Shown: positions 31,389 to 41,212, numbered from the stretch's first letter. The stretch is DNA of 64,000 nt from Trichormus sp. ATA11-4-KO1 (GCA_019358915.1 JAHHIM010000006.1:64001-128000); one strand, 5' to 3'. Made by a program: numbers and translations. The notes: generated from the sequence alone by a model not told the origin.

Positions 31389-33134
31389 TTGAGCGAAATG
31401 AACTTCATGCAGGCGGAACTAAAAGTCAACATCCTCTTGGTGGATGATAAGCTGGAAAATCTCATAGCACTAGAGGCAATATTGGAGAGACTAGGAGCCA
31501 AACTAGTCAAAGCTACTTCTGGAGAGGAAGCTTTAAGGTCTTTATTGCATCAGGACTTTGCAGTAATTTTGCTGGATGTGCAAATGCCAGGGATCGATGG
31601 CTTTGAAACTGCTACCCTAATTCGCAGTCGGGGGCGATCGCGCCACACGCCGATTATCTTTCTCACCGCCTTTAGCAGTAGCAACCAAATGCTGTTCAAA
31701 GGTTATGCCTTGGGTGCAGTTGATTATCTACTCAAACCCATAGACACTAATATATTGACATCTAAAGTTACAGTATTTGTTGAATTATTTAAGAAAACAC
31801 AAGCAATCGAGCAACAGGCAGCTCAACTTACAGCCATCAATGCTGAACTGAGGCAAAGTGAAGAGCGGTTTCGTTCACTGAGTACTTGTTCACCAATTGG
31901 CATTTTTGAGACCGATACTCAAGGGCGCTGTAAGTATACTAATCCTTGCTATCAGGAAATTTGTGGCTGGAGTTTGGCAGAAAGTTTAGAAAAGTCGTGG
32001 CTGGAGTGTGTACATCCAGAAGACCAAGAACAAGCGATCGCTAGTTGGTCTGCTTATATTCATGAAGGACGCGAATATTCAACAGAATTCCGGTTTAAAA
32101 ATACTGATGATAGTCCTCGTTGGGTTCAGGTTCGCTCATCACCGATGCTTTCTAGTCAAGGTGAACTACTAGGCTATGTAGGTACTCTCGAAGATATCAC
32201 TGAACGCAAGCAAGCCGAAGAAGTCCGCGCTCAGGTGATTCGAGAACAAACGGCTAGGCAAGAAGCAGAGGCAGCAAACCTGATGAAAGATGAGTTTCTG
32301 GCGGTGCTTTCCCATGAACTCCGCACACCCTTGACCTCAATGTTGGGCTGGTCAAAAATCCTCCGAGCTAAGAAACTTGACGAACAAGCTACTACTCGTG
32401 CCCTAGATGCGATTGAACGCAATGCCACCTCACAAATGAAACTGATTGAGGATATCTTGGATGTATCACGGATTATTCGCGGTCAGCTACGCCTACATTT
32501 AAGCGTTGTCAATCTTATTTCTGTAATCGAGGCAGCCCTAGAGGCAGTGCGCCCCCTAGCAGAGACAAAAAATATTGAATTAAATACTAACCTCGATACT
32601 AACCTAGGGGCGGTGTGTGGCGATCCAGCCCGTTTGCAACAAATTGTCTGGAATTTACTAACTAACGCCATTAAGTTCACCCATGCAGGTGGTAGGGTAG
32701 AAGTCCGGTTAGAAATAATAGAACTACAACCAACAGAACAACTATTTCCCCACGAAGAAGTTAAACTTTCCTCTACCTCTGCTCCCTTACAGTTTTCTAA
32801 ATCTTCCTATGCCCAAATTCAAGTAATTGATACGGGCATTGGCATTACCCCAGAATTCTTACCCAAAGTCTTTGATCGCTTCCGGCAGGCAGATAGTACC
32901 ACCACGCGATCGCATGGTGGTTTGGGGTTAGGACTATCCATCGTCCGTCATCTAGTGGAATTGCACGGCGGCGTGATTTCCGCAGAAAGTTCTGGGAAAG
33001 AACAGGGAGCGACCTTTACTGTGAAACTCCCCTTGATGCAAAACAACAGCAACATCAAAAACGGTAAAGAAATAGAGCCAATGAAAGAGGAGATAGGGGA
33101 CAGGTTACAGGGGATAGGGGAAGTAGGAGGATAA
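31389..33134 (+). CDS. REC-PAS histidine kinase
   Basis: N-terminal receiver (LLDVQMPG), PAS (VHPED), [13 protein letters not shown] and GGLGLGL motifs. The start may be ATG 31398 or 31407. Confidence 0.92.
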   Translation: MSEMNFMQAELKVNILLVDDKLENLIALEAILERLGAKLVKATSGEEALRSLLHQDFAVILLDVQMPGIDGFETATLIRSRGRSRHTPIIFLTAFSSSNQMLFKGYALGAVDYLLKPIDTNILTSKVTVFVELFKKTQAIEQQAAQLTAINAELRQSEERFRSLSTCSPIGIFETDTQGRCKYTNPCYQEICGWSLAESLEKSWLECVHPEDQEQAIASWSAYIHEGREYSTEFRFKNTDDSPRWVQVRSSPMLSSQGELLGYVGTLEDITERKQAEEVRAQVIREQTARQEAEAANLMKDEFLAVLSHELRTPLTSMLGWSKILRAKKLDEQATTRALDAIERNATSQMKLIEDILDVSRIIRGQLRLHLSVVNLISVIEAALEAVRPLAETKNIELNTNLDTNLGAVCGDPARLQQIVWNLLTNAIKFTHAGGRVEVRLEIIELQPTEQLFPHEEVKLSSTSAPLQFSKSSYAQIQVIDTGIGITPEFLPKVFDRFRQADSTTTRSHGGLGLGLSIVRHLVELHGGVISAESSGKEQGATFTVKLPLMQNNSNIKNGKEIEPMKEEIGDRLQGIGEVGG

Positions 33135-33136
33135 AT

Positions 33137-33196
33137 ACTCAGCACTCAGCACTCAGCACTCAGCACTCAGCACTCAGCACTCAGCACTCAGCACTC
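33137..33196. repeat. STRR heptamer array (ACTCAGC)x8.5
   Basis: Perfect tandem heptamers. The same unit occurs at ~4665, ~6998, ~31211, ~34075-34195, ~52736, ~55935, ~58014 and ~61803. Confidence 0.95.
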
Positions 33197-33512
33197 TATC
33201 TTGCTGCAATGCTTGTGCCGACTGCAAGACTGCATCCAGTAACCCTGGAAACAGCGCCTCTAAATCTTCCCGCCGCAACCTATTAATGTGTTGTGTTCCT
33301 TCTTTATGAGTCAAGACTACTCCCGACTCTCGTAAAATTTTGAAGTGATTAGACATAGTTGACTTGGCGATCGCAAAGTCAAATCCAGCACAGCATTGCT
33401 CCCCCTGGGTTGCTAGCAATCTCACGATTTCTAGACGCACTGGGTCGCCCAACGCATACAACACTCCCGGTAAAGAAATGTCTTTTCGGTCTGGATGATA
33501 TAAGAATTTCAT
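33174..33512 (-). CDS. rexT: ArsR/SmtB-family redox regulator RexT
   Basis: ALGDPVRL...EQCC...STMSNHFKILRESG HTH; divergent from a thioredoxin gene, as recalled for Anabaena rexT-trxA2. Confidence 0.85.
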   Translation of the reverse strand: MKFLYHPDRKDISLPGVLYALGDPVRLEIVRLLATQGEQCCAGFDFAIAKSTMSNHFKILRESGVVLTHKEGTQHINRLRREDLEALFPGLLDAVLQSAQALQQDRVLSAEC

Positions 33513-33547
33513 AGTTGCATTATCTCTTAAAATGGCGTATATTTTAT

Positions 33548-33568
33548 TTGTTCGAGATTATCGAATAA
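33548..33568. promoter_or_regulatory. Candidate RexT operator
   Basis: Palindrome TTCGA-GATTA-TCGAA (33551-33565) in the rexT/trxA2 divergent spacer. Confidence 0.6.
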
Positions 33569-33592
33569 CTGAATTAAATCAGGAAGGCAAAT

Positions 33593-33928
33593 ATGTCATC
33601 CGTTATTAATGTCACAGAAGCCACATTCAAGCAAGAAGTACTGGAAAGTCAAATTCCCGTATTAGTCGACTTTTGGGCACCTTGGTGTGGCCCTTGTCGA
33701 ATGGTGACTCCAGTTGTCGATGAAGTGGCTGGCGAATATGTAGGGCAGGTAAAAGTAGTAAAACTGAATACAGATCAAAATCCCACTGTTGCCAGCCATT
33801 ATGGAATTCGTAGTATTCCGACGTTGATGGTATTTAAGGAGGGGCGACAAGTTGATACAGTCGTGGGTGCAGTGCCAAAGACCACTTTAACTAAAACTTT
33901 AGGGCAGCATATTCAACATTCATCATAG
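33593..33928 (+). CDS. trxA: Thioredoxin (TrxA2, m-type)
   Basis: [11 protein letters not shown] active site; GIRSIPT. Confidence 0.96.
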   Translation: MSSVINVTEATFKQEVLESQIPVLVDFWAPWCGPCRMVTPVVDEVAGEYVGQVKVVKLNTDQNPTVASHYGIRSIPTLMVFKEGRQVDTVVGAVPKTTLTKTLGQHIQHSS

Positions 33929-34232
33929 CTTAGGCTGAAGGTAGGGAACAGGGGATAGGTGACAGGCTTCGGCGTGAGCGCTCAGTCGAACGCTGACAGG
34001 TAACAGAAGAAAAATTCTCTCCCTGCTTCCTACCCATGCTTCTTGTAATGACGAGTCCTGTTTCTTTTAATTCACTCAGGGAGGAAGCACTCAGCACTCT
34101 TAAAAACACTCAGCACTCCCCTTTGACTTCGCTCAGGGCCAGCGCACTCAGCACTCAGCACTCAGCACTCAGCACTGAGAAAAGCACTCAGCACTTAAAA
34201 AAGCAATTAATTTTAATTATCAGGAGAATCTC

Positions 34233-34895
34233 ATGAGTCCTATCACCCAAATTCAAGCTTTAGATGTACCTAGCGCCATAGTCCAACGTCGTTCTATCAA
34301 AACTTTTAAAACAGACCCCATTGCCCCAGACTTGCTTAAGCAATTAGTAGAGTTAACTGTGGCTGCGCCGAGTAGCTTTAATATTCAGAGCTGGCAAATC
34401 GTTCTTGTAAAAGATGAAGCTCAAAAGGCAGCATTATCAGCAGCATCTTGGAATCAAAAGCAAATTATTGAAGCACCTGTGACTTTTGTCTTTGCCGCCG
34501 ATCCCAATGCAGGTGAACAAGACTTGACACCGATTTATGAGCAGGCATTGGCAACAGGAGCGTGGAATGAAGGCACTATAAACTATTTTAAAAATGCCAT
34601 CCCGCAATTTCAAGCTGGGCTAGGTGACAAACGCCGGGAATATGCTATCAAAGATGCGATCATCGCGTCTACCCATTTAGTATTAGCCGCAGAAAGTTTA
34701 GGTTTGTCTACCTGCTTTATGAATGGTTGGATAGAGGAGCAAGTCAAGGCAGTAATTGGTGCAGAAGATCCAGATTTAGCGATCGCCGTTTTAGTGCCTG
34801 TAGGCTATGCAGCCGAACCACGCTTAAATCCAGGTCGTTTGCCATTATCCCATAAAGTCTCTGTGGACAAAATAGGTAACCCCTATCAAGCGTGA
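34233..34895 (+). CDS. Nitroreductase family protein (DrgA-like)
   Basis: RRSIKTF, APSSFNIQ and AAESLGLSTCFM motifs. Confidence 0.9.
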   Translation: MSPITQIQALDVPSAIVQRRSIKTFKTDPIAPDLLKQLVELTVAAPSSFNIQSWQIVLVKDEAQKAALSAASWNQKQIIEAPVTFVFAADPNAGEQDLTPIYEQALATGAWNEGTINYFKNAIPQFQAGLGDKRREYAIKDAIIASTHLVLAAESLGLSTCFMNGWIEEQVKAVIGAEDPDLAIAVLVPVGYAAEPRLNPGRLPLSHKVSVDKIGNPYQA

Positions 34896-34975
34896 AGTTA
34901 TGCTTCCACAATTTTAGTTTGAGAAAACATGGCGATCGCCAACGTTAAAAGCACAAAACCGAGGAAAAATTACCA

Positions 34976-35674
34976 ATGATTGAGCTTTACTATTGGACAA
35001 CCCCAAACGGTCATAAAATCACAATTTTCCTGGAAGAAGTCGGATTACCATACACGATTATTCCTGTGAATATTGGTACTGGAGAACAATTTCAGCCTGA
35101 GTTTCTCAAGATTTCTCCTAATAATCGCATCCCCGCGATTGTTGACCGTGAACCTGTAAACGGAAATGAGCCAATTTCCGTTTTTGAGTCTGGTGCAATC
35201 TTGCTGTATTTAGCAGAAAAAACCGGAAAATTGATTCCCCAAAATCTGCGCGATCGCGTTGAAGTTCTCCAGTGGTTATTTTGGCAAATGGGGGGTCTAG
35301 GGCCAATGGCAGGACAAAACCATCATTTCAACAAATATGCTCCTGAAAAAATTGACTATGCCATCAACCGCTACGTCAATGAAACAGGACGCTTATATGC
35401 GGTGCTAGACAAGCGCCTAGCAGATAGAGAGTTTGTTGCTGGTGATTATTCCATCGCTGATATTGCTGCTTATCCTTGGATTGTCCCCCATGAAAGCCAG
35501 AACCAGAATTTAGAAAATTTTCCCAACCTCAAACGCTGGTTTGAGACAATAAAAGCACGTCCAGCAACGATACGCGCCTACGAGAAAGCAGAAGCCTTCA
35601 AAAATCAGGCGCTTGATATCGAGAAGTCACGAGATTTGCTATTTAATCAGTCCGCGAATACAGTTCAAACTTGA
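34976..35674 (+). CDS. Glutathione S-transferase (YfcG-like)
   Basis: TPNGHK, SPNNRIPAI, FESGAIL and WQMGGLGPM motifs. Confidence 0.93.
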   Translation: MIELYYWTTPNGHKITIFLEEVGLPYTIIPVNIGTGEQFQPEFLKISPNNRIPAIVDREPVNGNEPISVFESGAILLYLAEKTGKLIPQNLRDRVEVLQWLFWQMGGLGPMAGQNHHFNKYAPEKIDYAINRYVNETGRLYAVLDKRLADREFVAGDYSIADIAAYPWIVPHESQNQNLENFPNLKRWFETIKARPATIRAYEKAEAFKNQALDIEKSRDLLFNQSANTVQT

Positions 35675-35695
35675 TCTTGGGTGCGGGGAATGTAC

Positions 35696-35728
35696 AGATC
35701 CCCGACTTCTTTGAGAAGTCGGGGATCT
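35696..35728. repeat. 33-bp palindromic dispersed repeat
   Basis: AGATCCCCGACTTCT-TTG-AGAAGTCGGGGATCT. Confidence 0.85.
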
Positions 35729-35773
35729 GAGCCTCAACCTAAAAATGAAGCAAGACTTCTGGTCTTTTTTTGA

Positions 35774-36196
35774 TTACTCTAAAATAGAGTTGACTTTTTC
35801 TATAAGTTCATCAATTTGAAATGGTTTACCAATAAAACCAGCTATATCTTGACAATTTGGAGATTGTTCCTTAGCGGCTGACACAACTAAAATAGGCAGA
35901 TTATTTAACTTTAAATCTTCTCTAACATGAGAAATCAGTTCATAGCCATTCATATCTGGCATCATTAAATTTGTAATTAATAAATCAGGTTATTTAGTTT
36001 GGATTTTTACAAGTGCCAAGTTACCACAATTAGCAGTTTCCACTTCATAGCCTTCTGACTCTAGAGCAGTTTTAATTAAAAACACCATATCTTCAATATT
36101 ATCATCACAAACTAAAATAGATTTAGTATGATTTACTTCTTGAGTATATGAACTTATCATAACTAATAATAAAAATTGCTTTAAGTGTAGTATCAT
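35774..36196 (-). pseudogene. Single-domain response regulator broken by an in-frame TAA
   Basis: ILVCDD...KIQTK*PDLLITNLMMPDMNG...KPF reads in one frame, with a stop at 35990-35992. Confidence 0.8.
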
Positions 36197-36261
36197 GCAA
36201 TTAAATTATTAAAATAATTATCAAAAGTAATATTTATATCAGCTTTTTAAATCCGCAGTTC

Positions 36262-36326
36262 AGATAGCCGATTTCTTCAAGAAGTTGGCTATCTTTTTGT
36301 TCGTAACTCATTATAGGATTGCTATA
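36262..36326 (-). mobile_element. Partial MITE family B (variant palindrome plus one terminal repeat)
   Basis: Matches the reverse complement of 17850-17913 and ends TAGGATTGCTATA. Confidence 0.7.
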
Positions 36327-36346
36327 AAGAGATGTAGTTCTTTATT

Positions 36347-37147
36347 ATGCCGAGAGTTGAGATTAACGAAATTAATTTGTTCTACGACATCAGAGGAACG
36401 GGTGAACCTTTGCTATTAATTGCTGGGTTCTTGTGCGATCATTCCTATTGGTCTTTAATCATGCCTGCACTCACTTCCCAATATCAAGTTATTCGCGTAG
36501 ATAATCGAGGGATGGGGCGAAGTTCTGCACCTGATAGTCCTTATAGTATTCGGGAGATGGCAAATGATATAGCAGCATTGCTAGATTACATTGGCATTGA
36601 CAAAGTACATGTAGCAGGTCATTCAATGGGTGGTCAAATTGCCCAAGAACTAGTATTAGCAAAACCCGAAAAAGTCAAAAGTCTGATTTTACTTTCCTCC
36701 CTAGCCAAGGGCGATGGACTATTCAATAGTGTCATCGAGACATGGGGTGACTTACCCCGAAATATAGACCTGAAGCTTTATGAAAAAGTCGTACTACCTT
36801 GGATCTTTACCGATGAATTCTATTCTATTCCAGGAATGATAGAACAACTCATTGAATGGGCAATCAATTATCCCTTTCCACCGGCAACTCATACACTTTA
36901 TCATCAGAGCCGGGCGATCCTTGGCAGTGATACAAAAGACCGCCTGCAAAATATTCATTGTCCCACCCTGATTTTAGTTGGGAAACAAGATATTCTCACC
37001 CCAGTCAAGTTTTCTGAGCAACTTGCTCAAGGTATTTCCCAGGCTGAACTTGTAGTTATTGACCGTGGTGGTCATGGCTTCTTGATTGAGTCATTGGATA
37101 CTGTCATCTCTGTTATGCTCAACTTTCTCAATAAATACAATGCTTAA
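36347..37147 (+). CDS. Alpha/beta-fold hydrolase
   Basis: DNRGMGRS, GHSMGG nucleophile elbow and GGHG motifs. Confidence 0.92.
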   Translation: MPRVEINEINLFYDIRGTGEPLLLIAGFLCDHSYWSLIMPALTSQYQVIRVDNRGMGRSSAPDSPYSIREMANDIAALLDYIGIDKVHVAGHSMGGQIAQELVLAKPEKVKSLILLSSLAKGDGLFNSVIETWGDLPRNIDLKLYEKVVLPWIFTDEFYSIPGMIEQLIEWAINYPFPPATHTLYHQSRAILGSDTKDRLQNIHCPTLILVGKQDILTPVKFSEQLAQGISQAELVVIDRGGHGFLIESLDTVISVMLNFLNKYNA

Positions 37148-37595
37148 AATCCTTCCAGAACATTTACAAATTATTTACACTCATGCTGAAAGTACCTATC
37201 CAGATGAATGCTGTGGTCTAATTCTTGGTTATCTGGCTAGTGATAGCAAAACTGTGGTAGAAATCATGCCTACAGAAAATGCTTGGAGTACAGAATCAGA
37301 TAATTTCTCCAGTGAGAATACGAAACATAGTACAAAGCAGCGATATGCGATCGCACCGCAATTCATGTTACAAGTGCAAAAAAAAGCACGGGACTGCTCA
37401 CTGAGTATTATCGGTATTTATCATTCTCACCCGGATCATCCGGCTACACCTTCAGAATGCGATCGCCTATATGCTTGGCCAGAATACTCGTATATAATAG
37501 TTTCCGTTCAAAATGGTAAAGCTGGTCAATTCCAAAGCTGGAGTCTTGATGATCATCACCAGTTTCAACCAGAGTCAATTGAAAACATAATTTAA
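37140..37595 (+). CDS. JAB/MPN (M67) metallopeptidase
   Basis: YPDECCG and YHSHPDHPATPSECD JAMM motifs; upstream of moeB; ATG 37140 overlaps the hydrolase end. Confidence 0.9.
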   Translation: MLKILPEHLQIIYTHAESTYPDECCGLILGYLASDSKTVVEIMPTENAWSTESDNFSSENTKHSTKQRYAIAPQFMLQVQKKARDCSLSIIGIYHSHPDHPATPSECDRLYAWPEYSYIIVSVQNGKAGQFQSWSLDDHHQFQPESIENII

Positions 37596-37651
37596 CGACT
37601 TAAGTTAATTTCGTTAAAATCAATATTCCTCGCTGACCCATCATAACTGCT

Positions 37652-38824
37652 ATGCTCAATCCCAATCTGGATGAAATCCAGTTGACCAAAGACGATTATG
37701 AACGTTACTCCCGCCATCTGATTTTGCCAGAAGTTGGACTGGAGGGACAGAAGCGCTTAAAAGCTGCCAGTGTCTTGTGTATTGGTACTGGTGGACTAGG
37801 TTCGCCATTACTGTTATACCTAGCCGCAGCCGGTATCGGCCGCATCGGTGTTGTTGATTTCGATGTCGTCGATAGTTCCAACCTCCAACGCCAAGTCATT
37901 CACGGTACATCCTGGGTGGGTAAACCCAAGATTGCATCAGCAAAACACCACATTCACGAAATTAATCCCCATTGTCAGGTTGATTTGTACGAAACTCGCC
38001 TGAGTTCGGAAAACGCCCTGGATATCATTAAGCCTTACGATATCGTGGTGGATGGTACAGATAACTTCCCTACCAGATATCTCGTCAATGACGCTTGCGT
38101 ATTACTAAATAAACCTAACGTCTACGGTTCCATTTTCCGTTTTGAAGGGCAAGCAACGGTCTTTAACTACGAAGGTGGGCCGAACTATCGTGACCTGTAC
38201 CCAGAACCACCACCACCAGGAATGGTTCCCTCCTGTGCAGAAGGTGGAGTACTGGGTGTATTATGCGGCATCATTGGTACAATCCAAGCTACAGAAACAG
38301 TCAAAATCATCATAGGAAAGGGTAACACCCTCAGTGGACGGCTAATGCTGTACAACGCCCTAGAAATGAAATTCCGGGAATTGAAACTGCGTCCTAACCC
38401 CATTCGCCCAGTAATTGAAAAACTGATAGACTACGAACAATTCTGCGGTATCCCGCAAGCTAAGGCAGAGGAGGCGAAACAGCAGATGGAAATACCAGAA
38501 ATGACCGTCAAGGAATTAAAGGAATTACTAGATAGTGGTGCAAAGGATTTTGTGCTGTTAGATGTCCGTAATCCTCATGAATACGAAATTGCCAAAATTC
38601 CCGGTTCCGTATTGATCCCCTTACCAGATATTGAAAATGGCGACGGCGTAACCAAAGTAAAAGAAATACTCAATGGTCACCGTTTAATTGCTCATTGTAA
38701 GTTGGGCGGTCGTTCTGCCAAAGCCCTAGGCATCCTCAAGGAAGCAGGAATTGAAGGGACAAACGTCAAAGGCGGAATTAACGCTTGGAGTAAGGAAATC
38801 GATCCTTCAGTTCCAGAATATTAA
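37652..38824 (+). CDS. moeB: Molybdopterin-synthase adenylyltransferase MoeB/MoeZ (ThiF plus rhodanese)
   Basis: RYSRH, GTGGLG, SNLQRQ, DGTDNF and PSCAEGG motifs; C-terminal rhodanese HCKLGGRS. Confidence 0.95.
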   Translation: MLNPNLDEIQLTKDDYERYSRHLILPEVGLEGQKRLKAASVLCIGTGGLGSPLLLYLAAAGIGRIGVVDFDVVDSSNLQRQVIHGTSWVGKPKIASAKHHIHEINPHCQVDLYETRLSSENALDIIKPYDIVVDGTDNFPTRYLVNDACVLLNKPNVYGSIFRFEGQATVFNYEGGPNYRDLYPEPPPPGMVPSCAEGGVLGVLCGIIGTIQATETVKIIIGKGNTLSGRLMLYNALEMKFRELKLRPNPIRPVIEKLIDYEQFCGIPQAKAEEAKQQMEIPEMTVKELKELLDSGAKDFVLLDVRNPHEYEIAKIPGSVLIPLPDIENGDGVTKVKEILNGHRLIAHCKLGGRSAKALGILKEAGIEGTNVKGGINAWSKEIDPSVPEY

Positions 38825-38915
38825 AATCTCTTAGGGACGCAGAGTAAAGCAGAGATTTCAGTTTTATTCTCTGCACTTTTGCGTCCAGTGAAACGGCTAC
38901 TGGAGGAAATAAATA

Positions 38916-39536
38916 ATGATTCAAAGTTTAAGTAAACTAGTAACCTTTGAAGATTTTGCAGCTTGGCGACCCGAGAGCGGAAGATACGAATTACATGATG
39001 GTGTGATTGTTGAAATGGCTCAACCGATGGGAGATCATGAAGATATTGTTGGTTTTATAGCAAGAAAATTAACAGTAGAATTTGACCGATTAAGTTTACC
39101 TTATATGATCCCTAAAACTGCACTGATTAAACCTTCTACTTCGGAATCTGCTTATTCTCCAGATATCCTATTACTCAATCGCACTAATTTAGTGAATGAG
39201 CCGCTATGGAAAAAAGAATCAACTGTAAGCCTTGCAGCATCAATCCCATTAGTAATAGAGGTTGTCAGTCTGAACTGGCGCGATGATTACTTCACTAAAC
39301 TTGGACAGTACGAAGCTATTGGCATTTCAGAATACTGGATTGTAGATTATGCAGCGCTCGGTGGTAGAAAATTTATTGGTAATCCGAAACAACCTACTAT
39401 ATCTATTTATCAATTAATCGATGATGAATACCAAGTTACTCAATTTAGAGACAGCAATCACATTGTATCGCCTACTTTCCCGGAATTGAATTTAACTGCC
39501 AAACAAATTTTTCAAGCTGGTGGTCTGCCAATGTAG
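38916..39536 (+). CDS. Uma2 family endonuclease
   Basis: RYELHDG, SPDI, LVIEVVS and GISEYWIVD motifs. Confidence 0.92.
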   Translation: MIQSLSKLVTFEDFAAWRPESGRYELHDGVIVEMAQPMGDHEDIVGFIARKLTVEFDRLSLPYMIPKTALIKPSTSESAYSPDILLLNRTNLVNEPLWKKESTVSLAASIPLVIEVVSLNWRDDYFTKLGQYEAIGISEYWIVDYAALGGRKFIGNPKQPTISIYQLIDDEYQVTQFRDSNHIVSPTFPELNLTAKQIFQAGGLPM

Positions 39537-39602
39537 CCACAACCCCACTTGACTGAATTTTAGTGTTAAAAATGTTTGTTACTCCAGAGAACGCAGAAAC
39601 CT

Positions 39603-39752
39603 CTATTTCCAGGAAGTAACCAGGGAAACTGCGAAAAATTTTTCTAAGTTTTGAGAAAATACTTCAAACTCAATCAATGCTGTAAATTGTTCAATGGCGG
39701 CAATGGCATCCAAGATATCGTGTAAGTAGTCCTCCAATTGTCGCTTGGTCAC
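39603..39752 (-). pseudogene. Truncated HEPN/DUF86 (HepT-type) toxin
   Basis: GTG overlaps the MNT stop; MTKRQLEDYLHDILDAIAAIEQFT...FAVS diverges and stops at 49 aa; no RxxxxH motif. Confidence 0.75.
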
Positions 39753-40069
39753 AAGTAGACAACCTCTGCCAAAATTCGCTCTCCGATGCGAGGCTTCAAA
39801 CCACCTTTATGTACTAAATCAACTTTGACTCCCAGATTGTCACTGAGATAGTTCTCTAAATTGACAAACTTTAACAAGCTTGGTGTCTCGAAAAATTCTA
39901 CCAGCAAATCCACATCACTGGTTTCTGTCTGCTCTTTCCGAACGTAAGAGCCAAAAATACCTAGTTCCCTAACTTGATAACGTTCTTGCAACACTGACTT
40001 GTGCTGTACAAGCCATTGCTTGATTTCTTCAAGAGTTTTCATCCCGCGAATCTCCCTTTGGGTAAGCAC
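39749..40069 (-). CDS. Minimal nucleotidyltransferase (MntA-type antitoxin)
   Basis: GIFGSYVR...SDVDLLV...KVDLV motif. Confidence 0.9.
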   Translation of the reverse strand: MLTQREIRGMKTLEEIKQWLVQHKSVLQERYQVRELGIFGSYVRKEQTETSDVDLLVEFFETPSLLKFVNLENYLSDNLGVKVDLVHKGGLKPRIGERILAEVVYL

Positions 40070-40140
40070 GGTGCATAACCTAGCTTACTCTGCTCTGGAT
40101 TAGAAGTGGAATAGTATCTCAATTTTCTACTGAATGGAGT

Positions 40141-40869
40141 TTAATGTGCCTTACCTGCACCCAAATATAATTCACCCACTTTGGGATCATGCAATAACTC
40201 TTGACCAGGGCCAGAGATAGCGTCGCGTCCGGACTCAAGTACATAACCACGATCCGCCATTTCCAAGGCTTTACGGGCATTTTGTTCTACTAATACAATA
40301 GCCGTACCTGCCTGGTTAATTTGTTTAATTTGCTCAAATACTTGTGTTACCAAAATGGGAGATAAAGCCGCAGAAGGTTCATCTAATAGCAGCAAACTAG
40401 GTTCCAACATCAAAGCTTTACCCATCGCCAGCATCTGACGTTCCCCACCAGAGAGAGTACCCGCACGTTGACGACGGCGATCGCTTAGTCTAGGGAACAT
40501 GGTAAATATATGATCTTTCAGGGGCTTCAAGGGAACATCACGGACAAAAGCCCCCATTTCTAGGTTTTCTTCAACACTCAGGGAAGGAAAAACATTGGAA
40601 ATTTGTGGTACATAACACATTCCTTTCCTGACAATTTGATTTGATTTTAGCCCCGCAATATTTTCACCTTTAAAGGTAATTGTGCCTGTATGAGGTGTCA
40701 AAAGTCCAAAAATGGTTTTGGCTAAAGTGGATTTACCCGCGCCGTTGGGGCCAATTACCGTTACTAATTCGCCTGGTTCAACCCGAAAATTCACCCCTTG
40801 CAGGATATCTACATCTTTAATGTATCCAGCGTGAACATTTTGAACTTCTAGTAAATAGTCATTAATCAT
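40141..40869 (-). CDS. Branched-chain/neutral amino-acid ABC ATP-binding protein (LivF/NatE-like)
   Basis: GPNGAGKST, LSGGERQMLAMG, DEPS and VEQN motifs. Confidence 0.92.
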   Translation of the reverse strand: MINDYLLEVQNVHAGYIKDVDILQGVNFRVEPGELVTVIGPNGAGKSTLAKTIFGLLTPHTGTITFKGENIAGLKSNQIVRKGMCYVPQISNVFPSLSVEENLEMGAFVRDVPLKPLKDHIFTMFPRLSDRRRQRAGTLSGGERQMLAMGKALMLEPSLLLLDEPSAALSPILVTQVFEQIKQINQAGTAIVLVEQNARKALEMADRGYVLESGRDAISGPGQELLHDPKVGELYLGAGKAH

Positions 40870-40932
40870 TAGTCATAAAATATTAGTCAACAGTTAAGTT
40901 AACAATAACTATAGACTGTTGACTAGTAAATG

Positions 40933-41157
40933 TTACGGTGTTTTTTGCAAGTCAGGTCGTTCTTCTGGAACGATCGCATCTGCTACAGGACAAACTTGGA
41001 TACATATACCACAATCAATGCAAGTGGCAAAATCAATCCAGTACCAATCGGTTCCCTTCACATTTTTGCCTGGGCCTTCATGGATGCAAGCGACTGGACA
41101 AGCGTCTACGCAGTCAGCGACACCTTCACAAACATTAGTAACAATGGTGTGCGGCAT
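40933..41157 (-). CDS. Dicluster 4Fe-4S ferredoxin
   Basis: CEGVADCVDACP and CIDCGICIQVCP motifs. Confidence 0.92.
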   Translation of the reverse strand: MPHTIVTNVCEGVADCVDACPVACIHEGPGKNVKGTDWYWIDFATCIDCGICIQVCPVADAIVPEERPDLQKTP

Positions 41158-41212
41158 TTTCTCGATTCCCTCGTTTTCGGATCAGCTATATCTAGCCTAG
41201 CAGGGGAGTGGG

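Noticed and set aside
33137..33196. Tandem repeats as a possible CRISPR array
   Set aside because: They are contiguous 7-mers without spacers (typical STRR), and no cas genes are in the window.
34036..34236. 66-aa ORF
   Set aside because: It is a translation of ACTCAGC arrays (STQHSAL) in an intergenic spacer.
36347..38824. JAB plus E1-like pair as a CBASS/Bil-type ubiquitin-like defence system
   Set aside because: The E1-like protein is a canonical MoeB-rhodanese and no E2, Ubl or cyclase is adjacent, so this fits ordinary sulfur-carrier metabolism.
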